DNA of 50,429 nucleotides, the filler included, from Porpidia crustulata (lineage: Eukaryota): NCBI GenBank assembly GCA_964255105.1. It is 2 parts of 2 records of this genome, joined end to end, with 100 filler letters (N's around TTAATTAATTAA, not from the genome) between each part and the next. Parts side by side here need not be neighbours in the genome. Positions count along the whole stretch, not along the records: positions 25,352 to 50,429 come from CAXUWE010000052.1; 1 more part is not named here. One strand, given 5' to 3'. This document shows, in pieces, positions 36,422 to 47,625 of the stretch. The first letter of the stretch is position 1; each line of letters opens with the position of its first letter. The notes below the pieces were generated by a model. That model made no database searches, had not been told where the DNA came from, and was given only the letters and a program-made list of their open reading frames with translations. Position numbers and translations under genes: made by a program.

Positions 36422-38264
36422 AGATAATCGTTTCTCGCGACGTTAGTAAGAAGTTTGCTCTCAGCAAACATCACCCAGTAAGTATTTCCTTGTCCATGGC
36501 CGGCGGCAGCTTTCGGGCTCATAATTTCCTGATGTATCTCACGACTGTACGATGCTTTTAATCTACGTCTGACGCAGACATTACCATCCTGTACTGCTCT
36601 TCCTTCGCGAGCTTGATGAATGTTTCTGTTGGTCTAGAAAAATACCCTGGGCTGGGAATGGTTGTGTATTGTGTATAATGTAAATAGGTGAAGGAAGTAT
36701 TCCGTTGTAAATCCAAGTGACATTTGTGGGCCTATCGGGTCTACTAAGCGATACGCCGGTGATACCGTATCTTTTAGTGACTGTACAATAATACAGGTGT
36801 AGGAGGAACTAGCCTACAAATTGCATTGCACCATACCTACCCACCGTGCCACCTACCCTACGGCCTACCATAAAGCGTGCGATCGGCCCCCAAGGGGGTA
36901 AAGGGAGGAATTAAGGTTTTGGAAGGCACGGCTTTGAGTGGCTGATGTTCAGGCGCAGAAGGCTGTAGATCACCAGTCATTGGATGTCGTCTCGTGATTA
37001 GCGTGAAGGGCTGACCTCCGCTGGAACGACCAAATCCTAGCGCTCTACAGATATGATGGGAATTGAATTATTGATCGATGATGCGACCGGACCCGAGCCC
37101 AGCAAGGACGATCGTAGTCCCGTCGCTTTCGTTCGCCGATGTAAGTAAAAGAAACAAAAAATCCACAAATCGCTCTGGAAATCATTCTTGTATTATTGAT
37201 GTAACCAGTACTTCGGGTGATCCGTACGAAACACGCACCTGGTTTGTTGGTATTATTGATCGTCGTTGACGTAGCCAGCAGGGTGATGATTGGCTGTCCG
37301 TCTCGTAATAAACCAGCCGAGGGAGCGAGAAAGCAGCGCCAGCCACCCTTGCCCAAGCCACCATTGCCCACCTGCGTACAGGTAAGGTAAATCCGTGCTA
37401 AGGTAACCAGGTACAATCAAGTATTCCCACTTCACCTCCATATCCATCCTGCAACGACTCTCTCTGGCATTGCAGTACGACTTTACCTATGGTACTCATA
37501 AGCAGTCGCAATCCATTCGCGACTCTCGTCGCTAATCTGTGGCCACTACAAGCCAGTTGACTGACAGGTATTGTTGACCCAACCTTGCTGTCGTTGTCTC
37601 GTATATGTGGCGCACCCCGAGGCTCATCAAGACTCGACGAATCAACAGGAGTTTCGCAGAAGGTCAACGCCTTCACGGGCTGCCAAGGGGAAACTTTTCG
37701 AGTCAAAACTCGTTAGGGACCTCGTAGCAGACTTGTACCGTACACACTGCCCATCGGAAGCATTTTTTGTACCTGGATCTGGTTCACCGGGCCATGCTTC
37801 CTCAACTCACCTGGCATATAACATTCCACTCCTATCTCCGATACAGGCGACTGCGCAGCGGATTTGAACTCGACAGATCAGTCGCAAACACTTCACTTCT
37901 CTAAAGCGCCGACTTGGACGGTATGCTCTACATTTCAGATATTTCCACTTTCCCCTCTTTAACGCGAAAACTCTCTGGGTCAACAGAAAAGCTACCACTG
38001 TGTCTACACATATGCAAATCTCCTTGACTCAAGCCGCCTCGCGAATACCCACCATTTGGTGTTCTCCCGACTACTTCTTGCTGGAATTTTTGTAAAATAT
38101 GTCCTGGACTCTTCAAGGTCATGATTTAAGTAGAGATGAATTCACGTAGCGCGTATATCCTTACGATAGTTTGTTTGAGAACAGAAGCTGACAGTTCGAA
38201 TGTCAGCAGGTTATACATCCTGCTCTGTCCGAAAACTGAGATTTCATCCTCGTCATCGCAGTAA

Positions 38265-40379
38265 ATGGCAGAGCCTACAGCATCAGCTTCAACGCCTAGT
38301 ACCCCCAGTGGATTTACGGCGACCTCTGTTACACTCCCTGATACGCCTACCTCTGTCACGTCGTCCGCGACTCTATCTACTGTCGCCGATCCTGCAAGCT
38401 TTCTCAAACCCCAACCTCCTCGCAAGCGCCATCGATCTCCTGATATCTCAGACAGCTCATTATCTTGTGAGGTTGGAAGTGCTACATCGCCTGTGGCCAT
38501 ACTTTCGAAAGACGTTCTTTCTCATCAGTATACGCCGAAGCCTATGACAGCCGCGGCTGCTATGGTTGATGAGAAACGGCAAAGACGAGAACAGCATAAA
38601 ACCATCAGCCGACAGACAAGCCCAAATCCCGCTACGACCGCATTAGGTTCACTACTGGGAGGGGCCACCGCCGGCCAGAGTAGACCACAAGATGCACCGA
38701 ATGCGGCAAATACAATGAGCGAACCTGTCGCAGCAGCGGCGTCTGTTATCAAATTACCTGAGCCCTCCCCGGGTGAGAATCACATGCAGGCCAGCCCCCT
38801 GAGTGTGTCGAGTCTGGGTACTGTGGAGTGCACCGTGAGTAGCCATCCAGGCACCAACGGCGTGATGGTAAGTCCTGCCGGGATGGAAGCGACTGCAGAT
38901 CGCGACCCAGAAGAGCCAGATGCTAGCAACGATGGAGTTGCAACTAATCTTGAGAGAACGTCTGACGAAGTTAATTCAAACAAGGCGATGACGTTTCCAG
39001 GACCACTTTTAAGCGCTCAAGTGTCTGATGCTCGGCGTGGGATGAGCTTACCGCATTCAGGCTTCGGTCGAGAAAGTGCTAAATCACTGTCTGTCAAGAA
39101 ACACAAATGCCCATATTGTTCTACGGACTTTACTCGACACCATAACCTCAAAAGTCACCTACTTACTCATAGTCATGAGAAGCCGTATATGTGCGAGACT
39201 TGTGACGCGCGATTCCGCCGCTTGCATGATCTAAAGCGCCACACAAAATTACATACTGGCGAGCGACCACACGTGTGTCCTAAGTGTGATCGTAGCTTTG
39301 CCCGAGGCGACGCACTAGCGCGGCATAACAAGGGCCAAGGTGGATGCGCTGGCCGGAGATCGAGCATGGGCAGTTTTGGGGGCGATGACAAAGATGAACG
39401 ATCTAAAGGTGGTGATGACAATAGTATGCAAGGCCTAATGTACACCGGTGAGGCGTCGCAAGAGCCAGAGCGAATGGATGAGGATCAGGAGGTCGATGAT
39501 GCTGCGGGAAGAAGCTTGCCCAGCATCAGGAGACATGATGCTCCTGCAGAGTCAGCCCGTCGCCATACTGCCGATCCTCAGGGTACGTATCATTCAAGAC
39601 CGCCAAGTACGTATCCCCCAGTACCTCCTCGCAATCCTGTTACCGGCGGTCTCTGGCCTCCAAGTCAGAGCCTGGGAGGTAGCTCCAGTACTTCTAAAGC
39701 TCAAGGGACGCAAAGTTCGATGGTCCAGTACCCCGCCAGCGCCAGTGGCTCGTTTACCTTTCAGGCCTCTGGATCAAATGTATTTGCCCACGGCGGGATG
39801 ACCGAGAGTCCAAAACCTCTATCGCCGGGAACCACGAGCTCCCATCAGCTTGGGCATTCAGATTCGGCTATACAGCATGCTAGATCTCCAAGCTTGACGC
39901 AGCAATTCCATCACCAGCAATTTGGCCGGAGAACCAACACGGGCACGCATAATACCCCACCTCCTATCGGTTTGCCTCCACCGATGTCTAGTTCAAGCCT
40001 TTCGAATGCTCCTCATCTGCCGTCATTACCGGGCTTAACCCCTCCAGAACCGAGATTTAATATTCCGAGCCAGGTGGCATCTCAGCAACCACACCCTCCC
40101 GCCGGCACCCAGAGCAATTTACCTGGACCTCTTCACGGCTCCGGGAATACTAATTCTCCAGGATATCAATCACACGTGGGGAATGCGCCTTCTGCAACTA
40201 CCAGCCATTCCAGCCACTCGACAGGACCTCATGTGAGCGGTGACGGTAGTCACAATCCGTATGGCCAAGGCGATCAGCGGCTTTGGGCGTATGTCCAAAG
40301 CCTTGAGATTAAGATCAATCGCCTTGAGAACGAGGTCACCTCATTGAAAAGCCAATTAAACCACAGCGGCCATCGATAG
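38265..40379 (+). CDS. C2H2 zinc-finger transcription factor, 704 aa (three fingers plus C-terminal coiled coil)
   Basis: Single ORF preceded by an in-frame TAA. Fingers HKCPYCSTDFTRHHNLKSHLLTH-SHEKPY-MCETCDARFRRLHDLKRHTKLH-TGERPH-VCPKCDRSFARGDALARH. The C-terminus has the heptads LWAYVQSLEIKINRLENEVTSLKSQL. A 5'-UTR intron is likely (donor GTATGC 37921; acceptors near 38210 or 38261). Confidence 0.92.
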   Translation: MAEPTASASTPSTPSGFTATSVTLPDTPTSVTSSATLSTVADPASFLKPQPPRKRHRSPDISDSSLSCEVGSATSPVAILSKDVLSHQYTPKPMTAAAAMVDEKRQRREQHKTISRQTSPNPATTALGSLLGGATAGQSRPQDAPNAANTMSEPVAAAASVIKLPEPSPGENHMQASPLSVSSLGTVECTVSSHPGTNGVMVSPAGMEATADRDPEEPDASNDGVATNLERTSDEVNSNKAMTFPGPLLSAQVSDARRGMSLPHSGFGRESAKSLSVKKHKCPYCSTDFTRHHNLKSHLLTHSHEKPYMCETCDARFRRLHDLKRHTKLHTGERPHVCPKCDRSFARGDALARHNKGQGGCAGRRSSMGSFGGDDKDERSKGGDDNSMQGLMYTGEASQEPERMDEDQEVDDAAGRSLPSIRRHDAPAESARRHTADPQGTYHSRPPSTYPPVPPRNPVTGGLWPPSQSLGGSSSTSKAQGTQSSMVQYPASASGSFTFQASGSNVFAHGGMTESPKPLSPGTTSSHQLGHSDSAIQHARSPSLTQQFHHQQFGRRTNTGTHNTPPPIGLPPPMSSSSLSNAPHLPSLPGLTPPEPRFNIPSQVASQQPHPPAGTQSNLPGPLHGSGNTNSPGYQSHVGNAPSATTSHSSHSTGPHVSGDGSHNPYGQGDQRLWAYVQSLEIKINRLENEVTSLKSQLNHSGHR

Positions 40380-41922
40380 ACGTGTGGCTCTGCTCTCTCT
40401 CAATCGCCCAAACATATATCCATGAACCCCACCTAATCGGTTGGCCTTGCGTTTCATCACATTGTATTATCATGTCGACATTAGCGGGGAGTCTTGTGGA
40501 TATGAGGAAAGGAAGCTCAGTACACGGTAGCAGCTTCCGCCAGCGGTGAAAAACAGGCTGTTTCTACACGAGATCGGCGAATCTTCATGAACGGAAATCA
40601 CTAGATAGATGTATATCTCGGGAAGGGTGGTGGGAAGGGTGTGGGCAAAACAGGTGAAGAATCGACGACAGTTATGGCAGTCAGCAGCCCAAAAAAAGTC
40701 GATACGAGTTTTATCGTCATCATTTCACTTTGCTATTCGTTGTTGGAAATTAGGTGCATTTTGGTGCCTAGTATCGCCTTCTACGATTGTTATGTACTTG
40801 TATAGTCGCGCGGCATCCGACGAGCGTCGTCCGTTTTTTTCGCCTGCGCCTTCGCCATTCACTTGTGCTGAAGGGCAAGGTATCTACCAGATTATCACAA
40901 TGTACTATAGGTTTCCTTTAACCGAAAAGATGTGCTGCAAGGCGATTTCTATTCTATACGGTCAATAATTTTGACACAAGAAGAAACCATACGAATTTAA
41001 ATTGCGCGTTCCAAAAGCTCATCGAGGATTGCGGCCAATTTTGGACATAGATCAGACCCGAGATCCCAAGCGCACAGCTACCACTCCATTCACGATGAGG
41101 GGGGATCACAAAAATCCGGTGAGGCTCCCTACCTGACAAACTAGAGGCCATGTTTCGGAGCGTTGAAAAGCAGAAGCAAGCTTGCACGCCACACGACCAA
41201 GTCATGCGTCGTGAGAGAAGCGCTCACGGTCGGCCTCGCCAAGCCGTCTTCCAGATCACGGTAACCGTTTCTAGTCTTGCTCGAGCCACTTCCATCTATG
41301 TTGACGTTACGGACAGGGGCAGGTCTACTAGCCTCGGGCTCCACGTGTCCCTCCGCCACGAGAAAACCGAGATGCTTCCTGTTCGGACAATGTGAGGTCG
41401 CCAGTTCGGTTATAGAAGGGAAGGGTCCAACGGCTTCATGCATTGAGGGTTTCGCGGTTGAGCCTACCCGAGTAGGATGGTTCTTGGGGGTTTGTGTTTG
41501 CCTAATTAGTCTTGCGCTTCGAAGGGAATTGGGCGATGGAACGGCGAAATTAATCGGAAGGTGAGATTCGACGACTTATTTTCTTGAGGATTTAAACTAA
41601 AGCTGAATGATTGATGAATACCGCACATATAGTATAAGGTTTTAGCTCAGAGATATAGGGACTCCTTCATACAAGCCATGGAGTACACGTTGCTATTTCT
41701 ACATTTGCAGTTGACATGTTGAAATTTCATCTATGCTCAGATGCGTTTACTCGTATTAATATTAATATTCATTTGGTCCGTTTGCTATTAGATCTAGAGT
41801 GCTCATTGAAATGTGAGCTAGCATTCATTTGGTACATTCCTCAACCCAGTGCTATTATTATATTGAGATTCCCGACTTCTCCTTTTCTTAACTGTAGACT
41901 TGCTCAATTGCAATTGCCTCCG

Positions 41923-44900
41923 ATGGCACATCCATATTATGACAATTTTCCGGCATCCGGGTCGACCGACATCGTGGATGAAGGCCGACTCCACCAAAGA
42001 ATAGACAATTGGGTGGATGAAACTCGAACAAACTCCATCTCAGAGCCATCTATTCGCAAAAGTTCGGACCCTTTCGTCCCGGCCTTTCCTCCGCGTCCAG
42101 CAGACCTTGGGGAGATCGCGTGGGGCCCCTTGCCCACAAAGCACGAATACAAGTTCGCTCACAGGCTGTGGTCGCTTCCAAATTCTACGCTCGAGTATTT
42201 GGATAGTGCAAGAGAAGAGAATTATCCCGTGGAGCGTGATCGGCCAGAAGAATTTTTGACTCGGAACGTGTACGCTGATTTGATCAACGGCGTCCCCTCT
42301 TTTTATGATCGGCCTTGTCCCCTAGATCGAGTGGCTACCGAGTTCCGCAACGCTCATGCGCCACATAATGCAGAAGGTTGGACATACGATCAGCTAGGTG
42401 AGCTGGCACCAGCGAGGCGACATACGGCCATCAGTGATGTTCTGGTCGCTGGGAAAGATATGAAGTCCAAGTGGCTGAAGAAAGACCTTCAAGATCAATT
42501 GGAGATAAGAAAGTTCGGGCGCCGGCCAAAGGATGAGAACTGGATAGTGAGACGGTGTAAAGAAGAGTTGTTCACCTACCAAGCCAATCAGCAAACAGTC
42601 TCAGATGGCCAAGCCACGCTTTACCCACGGCAAGAGCTAGGCGAATGGGGTATTGAACAGAGACGACCTGTAGATAAGTGCGCCGACGCAGATTACGGGA
42701 ACACAGGCGCAGATTACTTAAGTCCCTTCCGTCTGTACACCTGGGCTTTGCATCTCTCACCATACAATCCGACCTATTGGGTTTCTCGGGCATATCTGTT
42801 TCACCAGAAAGGATACTACGATCTCGCGCTTGGGGATGCGCACCGAGCTTCTTACCTGACTGAAATGCTGCACGATGATACGAAGAGGGCCGCTCTACCG
42901 GGCCTCTATGCACGGGTCCGGGATGCCATCGAGCAGCACGTTTATGCAAACGCACAGAATCCGCGTATCTTGGAGGGCGACTGGAGTGACCAGGCCGGAC
43001 GCCGCGACCGAGCCGATGCAGCGCTGGCCATGGTCAGGACCAAAGGTCTGATGTCTTTCGTGCCACACATACGAAGGACAATATACCACATAACTTGCCT
43101 GAATTTGCTTAGCTTGCAAGCATGGACCGACTGGTGGAAGTTGGATGCACTTGCAGTCAAACTCCAACCTAATGGGTCCGATTATGCTAACCCTTTCTTT
43201 GAGAGAATCAGGAGTAACCATCAACAATCCGAACGTCGGATCACAGAAAAGTTTCGTAATGCTTCTTTATGGATACATGAGACCACGGCTGGATGTGTGA
43301 GTGGCAAAGCGTTGCTCCAGGATGCAAAAGATGTTGACCGAACATCGGAAAAATTCCTGGCTGCATTAAATGCGAAATTTTTCAAAGCTTGGCCTGGGAA
43401 GCAAGACGAGAATCCAGTCGCCGAAGTACGTCCGAAAGAAAATGGAGAGCTGGGGGTTTTCGCACTCAGGAGAATCAACCCCGAGGAACTCATTCACATA
43501 GAAGAGCCTGCTGTCAAAGGTCAGGTTCGAGGAAAGTGGGCTTGGAACACACCAGAAGGATACCATTTCTCGACGCCGTGCGAGAATTGCAGACGGCCTA
43601 TTTCTTATAATCGCAGGACTGAGATGGATGTTAAGTGGTCAAGGCTTGATCAATCCAAACGTGATCAACATCATGTAAGCATGTTTTCATCAGCAGCAAT
43701 AGTCTTCTCCGCTTGCGGAATAATCGAGAAGACTGCAAGATTATCGACCATATGAATACAGTCCATGGCTGAAGCTCAAGCTCAGAAAAAGTGACGCTGA
43801 CTCCTACTTGTCGATAGAGCATTTGCCGCTGTATCCATGCTGACCCTTGTCGGGTCTCTTGTCAAACTCCACCTCACGAACCACGAAGCTTGGATATCAT
43901 GGGTATCGATACGCAATCCCAACAATCGATGGTCAGTAGAGATGGGAACAGAGAAGCAGTCGAAACAATCACTGAGGGGTTAAAGACTCATGTAAAGAAG
44001 TCTGCTAGGGGCAAACGTAAAGCCATAGACGATAATGAAACCGACCAAGCTCCAAGCAAGCGAGTGACCAGGAGTGGCAATCAACCAAATAGACTTTCAA
44101 AACCAAAAGAACGTGCCGCCCTTAAGAAGGGAAAACGTGGTATTAAAGCTGCGTCGGCAAAAAAAGAAACCGAAATAGAGAAAGCTGTGGCAGGGAGGGT
44201 CAAGAAGACTTGCCTTCAAAAGGCGTGGGAGGTGTACCATTACAGGACCTGTGGTAAATCGTGGGAATGGCTGCATGAGCAGCTGTCGCCAAGGAACCGT
44301 GAAGATCCTGATGGATGGCCAAGGGGTTCGGCAAGACGCTTTGACGAGCATGGAACAATATTGAGCTTGTTGTTGCTCGATGTCTTTGACAGAACCCTCC
44401 TCCTACGTACAACAGAGGCAAATAGTCACATTCAGCCGCATGAGATTGACGAAATGCTACCATTGTGTGGTGGCGAAGACTTGCCTGAGCAGTATTTCCC
44501 CTTTACATACAGCGCGAACATTGTTGTCCCATATGACATACTATTGAATCTTGGCGTGAATATTTTCCGGGAAATGGACTTTGATACCTGGTCAATCCAG
44601 ATCGTACTGCGGAAGCTGCTGCTAAACCTTGTCCCTTGGGATAAGTGGCGCCGAACAACGCAAGATGGGGAAGGATCCAGCGACGATAGGATTGAAGATA
44701 CCGTGGAAACCATGCGTCTTTTGAAACCCTCTATGTCCACACTGGCTATGCAATGTTCAACCACGCCTGCACTACATCCGCTAATGCGATATGGTTTTGG
44801 GATGGCTGGTTAGCCGATCAAGAACCTGACCAGAAAGGAATTCCGAATAGGCTGGCCGTGCTTGCTAGCAAAGAAATTGCGGCCGGCGAGGAGGTCAAGG

Positions 44901-45097
44901 TGAATTATTATCCTGAAATGGAGTCGGCCCTGAAGCAATTTCGACTGTTTGGCCAAGAATGCGATTGCGGTCATTGCCCTAGAATCCTCGGACCCGAGGT
45001 ATTCTCTGATGGTAAAGGCAGCAAGGATGAGTGGAGAGACGGTGTGATCAGTGACTTGAAGCAGGGGAGACGTCCTAATTATGTTGGAGCACGGTAG
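41923..45097 (+). CDS. TPR-SET-MYND (SMYD-like) lysine methyltransferase with an apparent frameshift near 44696-44723
   Basis: Exon 41923-43674, intron 43675-43817, then exon from 43818. TPR-like LYTWALHLSPYNPTYWVSRAYLFHQKGYYDLALGDAHRA; SET-N GELGVFALRRINPEELIHIEEP; MYND-like CENC...CRC...CLQKAWEVYHYRTC. SET-C TLYVHTGYAMFNHAC...LASKEIAAGEEVKVNY and post-SET CDCGHC lie in a different frame (stop 45097). Confidence 0.75.
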
Positions 45098-45552
45098 ACA
45101 GCCATCATCATGAGTCAACGATCTTCAGCAGGGTCCGTCAAGGGACTTGTGGTTAAACGTAGAAGCTGTTGGAGGTGAAGACCAAACTGGGCATAAGCAG
45201 TGGCTTACTGCTGCGCCGATACATCAAACGACCTAGCGTTTTGGCTCCACCCACGGCGATTATCATTAAGTCGTTGCGAGGAGGAAGCACTCGTAGGTAT
45301 CTTCTACTATGCACCAGGCGCTATAGCAAACCAGTAGCCAAAGTACCACAAGTAACAACAGCCCGGCCCCGTGATGGACAAGATGATGGCTTGAAGATTA
45401 GTGAGTCACGAAGGTTTTTAGCTTCCCGTGGTGTGTAGATATATATCAAGTAAGTAGTTTCATTCGCGGACTATTCATTCGTACAAGGGAAGGGGCAATC
45501 AACCAATTTTAATACCTATGCCAAAAGGCGTTCTTCCCGCGACAGAGAATCC

Positions 45553-45565
45553 AGGGTTAGGGTTA
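45553..45565 (+). repeat. Interstitial telomere-type motif AGGGTTAGGGTTA (about two TTAGGG units)
   Basis: Read directly from the sequence. It is followed by GGGTGTGG (45580-45587) and TATAAA (45601-45606). Confidence 0.5.
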
Positions 45566-47625
45566 CATATTCCTTTAGAGGGTGTGGTTTGCGGCCTCGA
45601 TATAAATGGCTTGCAGCACTAATGATAAGAGGCTTCTCTGAATAGTTACATGAGATCACAGGCTTTTCAGATTGAGACGTGTCATATACACCATACCGAC
45701 TACTTAGAATATAAGATAATATGCTAGCCAAGCCTCTGAGTGGCAACTGCTACTGTCTACTGGCCTTTTGCCCCTGTACGAAGTAGCGAGCAACAACGTT
45801 CCGTAAGCATGCGCTGCTTTGCAAGCTTCCTCAATGAAGCAAGGAGCACCAAAGCCACGTTTGCACAAGCACAGATGTGCACCAGCATGTTAGATTTGGT
45901 ACTATCGGATAGCAGAATGGTCGTAGCTCCCAGGAAGCGTTTCACAAAGTTCCCAAATCGATCGTCGAGGCTCAGTCGAGACGACGCTCGTTTTTGGTTG
46001 TTTCGTCTATTGTTTCAAACAGTATACTCAGCACGTTGGCGGGTTTAGCTTTCCTCCAATCCCGTTAAGAAATCGAAGGTGGCTTAAACTTTTCTGTTCA
46101 CTGCTGTGTTTCTGAAATCTGAATACTGTCCGGGTTGACTCTGTAAGCTCCACTGGAAGTCAGCGAAAGCTAGTATGAGCTTCCAATAATCGTGGAGATT
46201 CTTTGCTATCAAAATTGCATTACCTGTCCTCCAGGAGACTGCGTCAGGAATTGTTAATCGGCATATAGATAAGCCTTGTCCTTATATTGCAAGTCATGGC
46301 GATGGTTCCTTGAATATCGAAACACAAAGGAATCCCAGCTGTAAGTCTTGATCAGTTCATCCGTGGTAGGAATCCAGAGATTAGCGATGTAGGAGAGATG
46401 AAACATCGCCGATGAACCACGAAGCTTTGGAATGCCCACGCTTGGTAGTACGGCATGTCAAGAGGATTTTCTCACGGCGGGTTTTGTCTCGTTTTGCGCA
46501 GCGCTCTTTCGTTGATACATACTCCTTGACGAAGTAGTTGCTCGCACAGCATTGACTGGGTGCGTATCTTTTCTGTAGAAGATTAAGTGTTACTTTTTGA
46601 ACCGCATGGAGCCAGGCCAGGGTCAAGAAGCCTGAGCGTTCTTGTTGATTCGCCAAAAGTTGACAGGATCGTAGTCCAGAGAGGGGCGTGTCGAACAATA
46701 ACATCGGAAGACAGATAGATGAGTTGAAGTCGAAACCTTGTTTCGAGAGTGCCTTGCTGTGATGGAGGTCAACCACCCCATATGGCGGACGATTAAGATG
46801 TAAGATACGGCTAAAGAGGACTAGTTCGCCCCGGCTAGCAAGCGTCAGCCTCACGGCACAGTTCTCCACAGCAGTCTTGCTTAGTAACGACCCCTGCTCT
46901 AGATCCCGTGCTCGCAACTTCATGCGGTGATAGTTCCTGCATCTCAATCCGTCACCTTACCTGCACTATCTATCGAGCTCTAACGACGGTATGAACCAGT
47001 GTAAGATTTTCACATAGCCTTGAGAACCTACCGCTTGATTCTTGCTGCCTAAAGGGTTAAGAGCATCCCAGGGCCTACTGACTTCCACAGCAAGACTTTG
47101 GTGGACTCATTGTTAGATCGAACCAATAATGTCTACGCTTCAAATGGTATGATCAAGGTGCACACCGTGTAGCGTCCAGATAAAGGTGCTAGGGCTCAGG
47201 TCAAATGTCAGATCTAGCATCTCAATGGCGGTCAGAAGGGAGAGCGGCCGGGTCCTCCGCGCCATTCCAGATTGCGACTTCCCGGCCGTGACAGATTTGT
47301 TACCTCGCCGTCCAACTTTTACGGCCGAGCTTGACGCTCGGCCAACAGTATGCCTTGGAATTACTTGTAAGGCCCTCAAGCCCACGGAGTGAGCGGCGTG
47401 GCTTTTACACTCTTCCTGCCAGTCCGCTCGGGGGCTTTTACTGGCGTTTGACAACAAGCGCCATTTGGGGCTGATATTTCCCTGCGTCTATCTCCTTTCT
47501 AGCTGTGTCATAGGAACATTGGCTACCTAAGCCTTGGGGAATAAGTTGTAATACATAAGGCTTCCTTGGACCAGAACATCTCTCGGATAAAAGAGGTATG
47601 TTCATCTCTCGCTGCGGCCTTGCCC

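Noticed and set aside
41716..41922. N-terminal extension of the SET ORF from ATG 41716
   Set aside because: This AT-rich sequence looks like promoter or UTR. ATG 41923 marks the onset of coding-like composition.
45553..45565. Telomerase RNA template (TAACCCTAACCCT on the minus strand)
   Set aside because: Filamentous-ascomycete telomerase RNAs extend well over 1 kb 3' of the template. Here only about 450 bp remain before the convergent SET gene, and I recognised no template-adjacent pseudoknot on that strand. An Infernal search would be needed to exclude it fully.
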